Origin: an uncultured Anaerolineales bacterium
GTDB taxonomy: Bacteria; Chloroflexota; Anaerolineae; Anaerolineales; UBA11858
DNA length: 54,980 nucleotides
Reading direction: 5' to 3'
NCBI GenBank assembly: GCA_964589145.1
Contig: CAZPSL010000213.1
Coordinates: 1-54,980, forward strand
Within the stretch, counting starts at the first letter, position 1, and every line of letters starts with the position of its first letter. Shown piece by piece: positions 53,243 through 54,980 of this stretch. Below the pieces are notes generated by a model. That model was not told where the DNA came from, made no database searches, and was given only the letters and a program-made list of their open reading frames with translations. Made by a program: the position numbers and the translations under genes.

Positions 53243-53998
53243 ATGCAACTGCCATCTGCTGACATTCTTGGCGTGCGAGTTCATGCCCTGACCATGCCGC
53301 TGACGCTGGAGACTCTGGCGGCCTGGATCGAGCAGCGCGATCCGCATTACGTTTGCGTGGCCCCCGCCCACGCGATCCTGGAATACCGCCGCGATCCCGC
53401 GCTGATGGAAATAGCCAGCCACAGCGGGTTGACCACCCCGGACGGGATGTCCATCGTCTGGTTGCTGCATCGGATGGGATACCCGCAGGTCGAGCGGGTG
53501 TACGGCCCCGATTTGCTGCTGGCGGCCTGCGGGTATGGTTTGACGCGCGGCTGGCGGCACTTTTTCTACGGCGGCGCGCCCGGTATCGCGGAGGAACTCG
53601 CCGCCCAACTGGGTGCCCGCTTCCCCGGCTTGCAAATCGCAGGGACGCACACCCCTCCTTTCCGCCCGCTGACCCCGGATGAAGAAGATAAAGTGACGCA
53701 AATTGTCCGCGCTGCCGCGCCGGATATCCTTTGGGTGGGCCTGGGAACGCCCAAGCAGGAACGCTGGATGGCGGCGCACGTCCGCACGCTGGGCGTCCCG
53801 GCGTTGATCGGGGTCGGGGCGGCGTTTGATTTTCTCTCCGGGGCAAAGGCGCAGGCCCCGCGCTGGGTGCAGCGCTCCGGGCTGGAGTGGCTCTTCCGGC
53901 TGGCGACCGAACCGCGCCGCTTGTGGCGGCGCTACGCCGAATATCCGTACTTCGCCTGGCTGGTCGCCCGCCAACTTTGGGCAGAACGAAAACGATGA
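53243..53998 (+). CDS. WecG/TagA/CpsF-family glycosyltransferase (ManNAc/ManNAcA transferase type)
   Basis: ORF trimmed to the ATG at 53243. Family blocks: TPDGMSIVW, FFYGGAPG, VGLGTPKQERWM, IGVGAAFDF.SG and P.W....GLEWLFRL..EPRRLW.RY. Confidence 0.85.
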   Translation: MQLPSADILGVRVHALTMPLTLETLAAWIEQRDPHYVCVAPAHAILEYRRDPALMEIASHSGLTTPDGMSIVWLLHRMGYPQVERVYGPDLLLAACGYGLTRGWRHFFYGGAPGIAEELAAQLGARFPGLQIAGTHTPPFRPLTPDEEDKVTQIVRAAAPDILWVGLGTPKQERWMAAHVRTLGVPALIGVGAAFDFLSGAKAQAPRWVQRSGLEWLFRLATEPRRLWRRYAEYPYFAWLVARQLWAERKR

Positions 53999-54972
53999 CC
54001 CTTTCCTCCCGCTCAAAAACCGCCCTGCGCTGGACTCTTGGCATCGTGCTGGGGCTGTTCTTTCTCTACCTTGCGCTGCGCGACGTGCCGCTGGGCGAAG
54101 TTCGTGACGCGCTCGTCCAGGCCAGCCCTGCCTGGATCGCGCTCGCGCTGGCGGGCGTGGCTTTCAACAACTTTGCCAAAGTCTGGCGATGGCAGGTGCT
54201 GCTGGCAGAGCGCAGCATCCATGTCCCCTTCTCGCTGGGGCTGCGGGCGACCCTCATCGGGCAGATGCTCAACTACGGTCTCCCGGCCCGCACCGGCGAT
54301 CTCTCGCGGGCTTACCTGGTCGGCATTCAGGGGACGGGAACGGTCTACGCGCTGGGCACCATCGCACTGGAAAAAGTCTTCGATACGCTGCTTTACGGGC
54401 TGCTGTTCCTGGTCACCGCTTTGCTGTTCCCGCTTCCGGGATGGCTGAACCGCTCCGGGGGGACGCTGCTGGCGGTCGCCGCCCTGATGACGGCCGCCGC
54501 CCTGTTTTTGGCGCGCTACCCGGAAGCGCTGTTCAACCTGGGGCTGCGCATCACCCGCCTTTTGCCAGAATCCCTCCGAAGCCGGATTGAGCCTCGCCTG
54601 CGGGACGCGCTGGAAACCCTGGGCGTGATCCGCGACGGGCACGCGCTGTTCTCCCTCACCCTGTGGTCGCTTTTCATCTGGTTTACGGCGGTGTTCCCCA
54701 ACTGGGCTTTGCTGCGCGCCCTTGACCTGCCCGGAAGTTGGCTGGCGGCGATGACCGTTTTGCTCGTCCTTCAGGCAGTGGTTTCCCTGCCGGGCGTGCC
54801 GGGGCGGGTGGGAGTTTTCCAGTACGCCTGCATTCTGGCACTGGGCCTGTTCGGCGTGGACGATACGGCGGCATTCTCCTACGGCGTGCTGCTGCAAACC
54901 GTGGCTGTCCTTCCGCTGGTGATTGGCGGTGTGGTATCCTTGTCGGGTAGTCGGGTAGTTGGGAATTGGTAA
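53995..54972 (+). CDS. LPG-synthase-TM / UPF0104 'flippase-like' membrane protein
   Basis: ORF trimmed to the ATG at 53995, which overlaps the upstream stop (ATGA). About 8 TM segments. N-terminal L..V..A....W...ALA..... K..RWQ.LL pattern. The last codons lie in an octamer array (54941-54978). Confidence 0.65.
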   Translation: MTLSSRSKTALRWTLGIVLGLFFLYLALRDVPLGEVRDALVQASPAWIALALAGVAFNNFAKVWRWQVLLAERSIHVPFSLGLRATLIGQMLNYGLPARTGDLSRAYLVGIQGTGTVYALGTIALEKVFDTLLYGLLFLVTALLFPLPGWLNRSGGTLLAVAALMTAAALFLARYPEALFNLGLRITRLLPESLRSRIEPRLRDALETLGVIRDGHALFSLTLWSLFIWFTAVFPNWALLRALDLPGSWLAAMTVLLVLQAVVSLPGVPGRVGVFQYACILALGLFGVDDTAAFSYGVLLQTVAVLPLVIGGVVSLSGSRVVGNW

Positions 54973-54980
54973 ACTGGGAG

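Overview
This is a high-GC bacterial chromosomal window. Gene content and repeat style suggest a Chloroflexota-like filamentous organism, but that is inference only because no rRNA is present. I support about 48 protein-coding genes.

Gene content:
- Housekeeping: serA-like dehydrogenase, proline dehydrogenase, tungsten-type aldehyde:ferredoxin oxidoreductase, tryptophanase, citrate synthase, mdh, trxB, groES, pnp, rpsO, tsaE-tsaB-rimI and moeA.
- Two separated surface-glycan loci, at 22.1-29.0 kb and 48.3-55.0 kb: wecC, wecB, acetyltransferase, two GT4, FkbM, sugar dehydrogenase, epimerase, Wzx-like flippase, wecG/tagA-like transferase and an LPG-synthase-TM-like protein.
- A visibly AT-richer methyltransferase plus putative restriction endonuclease island that directly abuts a pcrA/uvrD helicase interrupted by a 364-aa intein.

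Observations most worth a second look:
1. An orphan operon at 13.3-20.5 kb. A 513-aa 12-TM protein carries His/HxH motifs at a roughly 150-residue period. It is translationally coupled to an FGE/SUMF1-fold lipoprotein and followed by heme O synthase. The operon is bracketed by two paralogous 6-TM proteins, and no known oxidase subunits are in the window.
2. A 2-Cys-type peroxiredoxin with an in-frame TGA exactly at the peroxidatic Cys codon. A small hairpin begins 11 nt downstream, making it a candidate selenoprotein.
3. A dense repeat landscape. It includes a modular MITE-like family with about 23-nt terminal inverted repeats and 8-bp target-site duplications, a 29-nt perfect palindrome present in 8 copies, and many short-period (7-8 nt) degenerate tandem arrays. 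The arrays sit exactly at gene boundaries, and one lies in frame inside a glycosyltransferase.

I recognised no rRNA, tRNA or CRISPR array. Coordinates of repeats and hairpins are hand-derived and may be off by a few nt. ORF-track coordinates include the stop codon.
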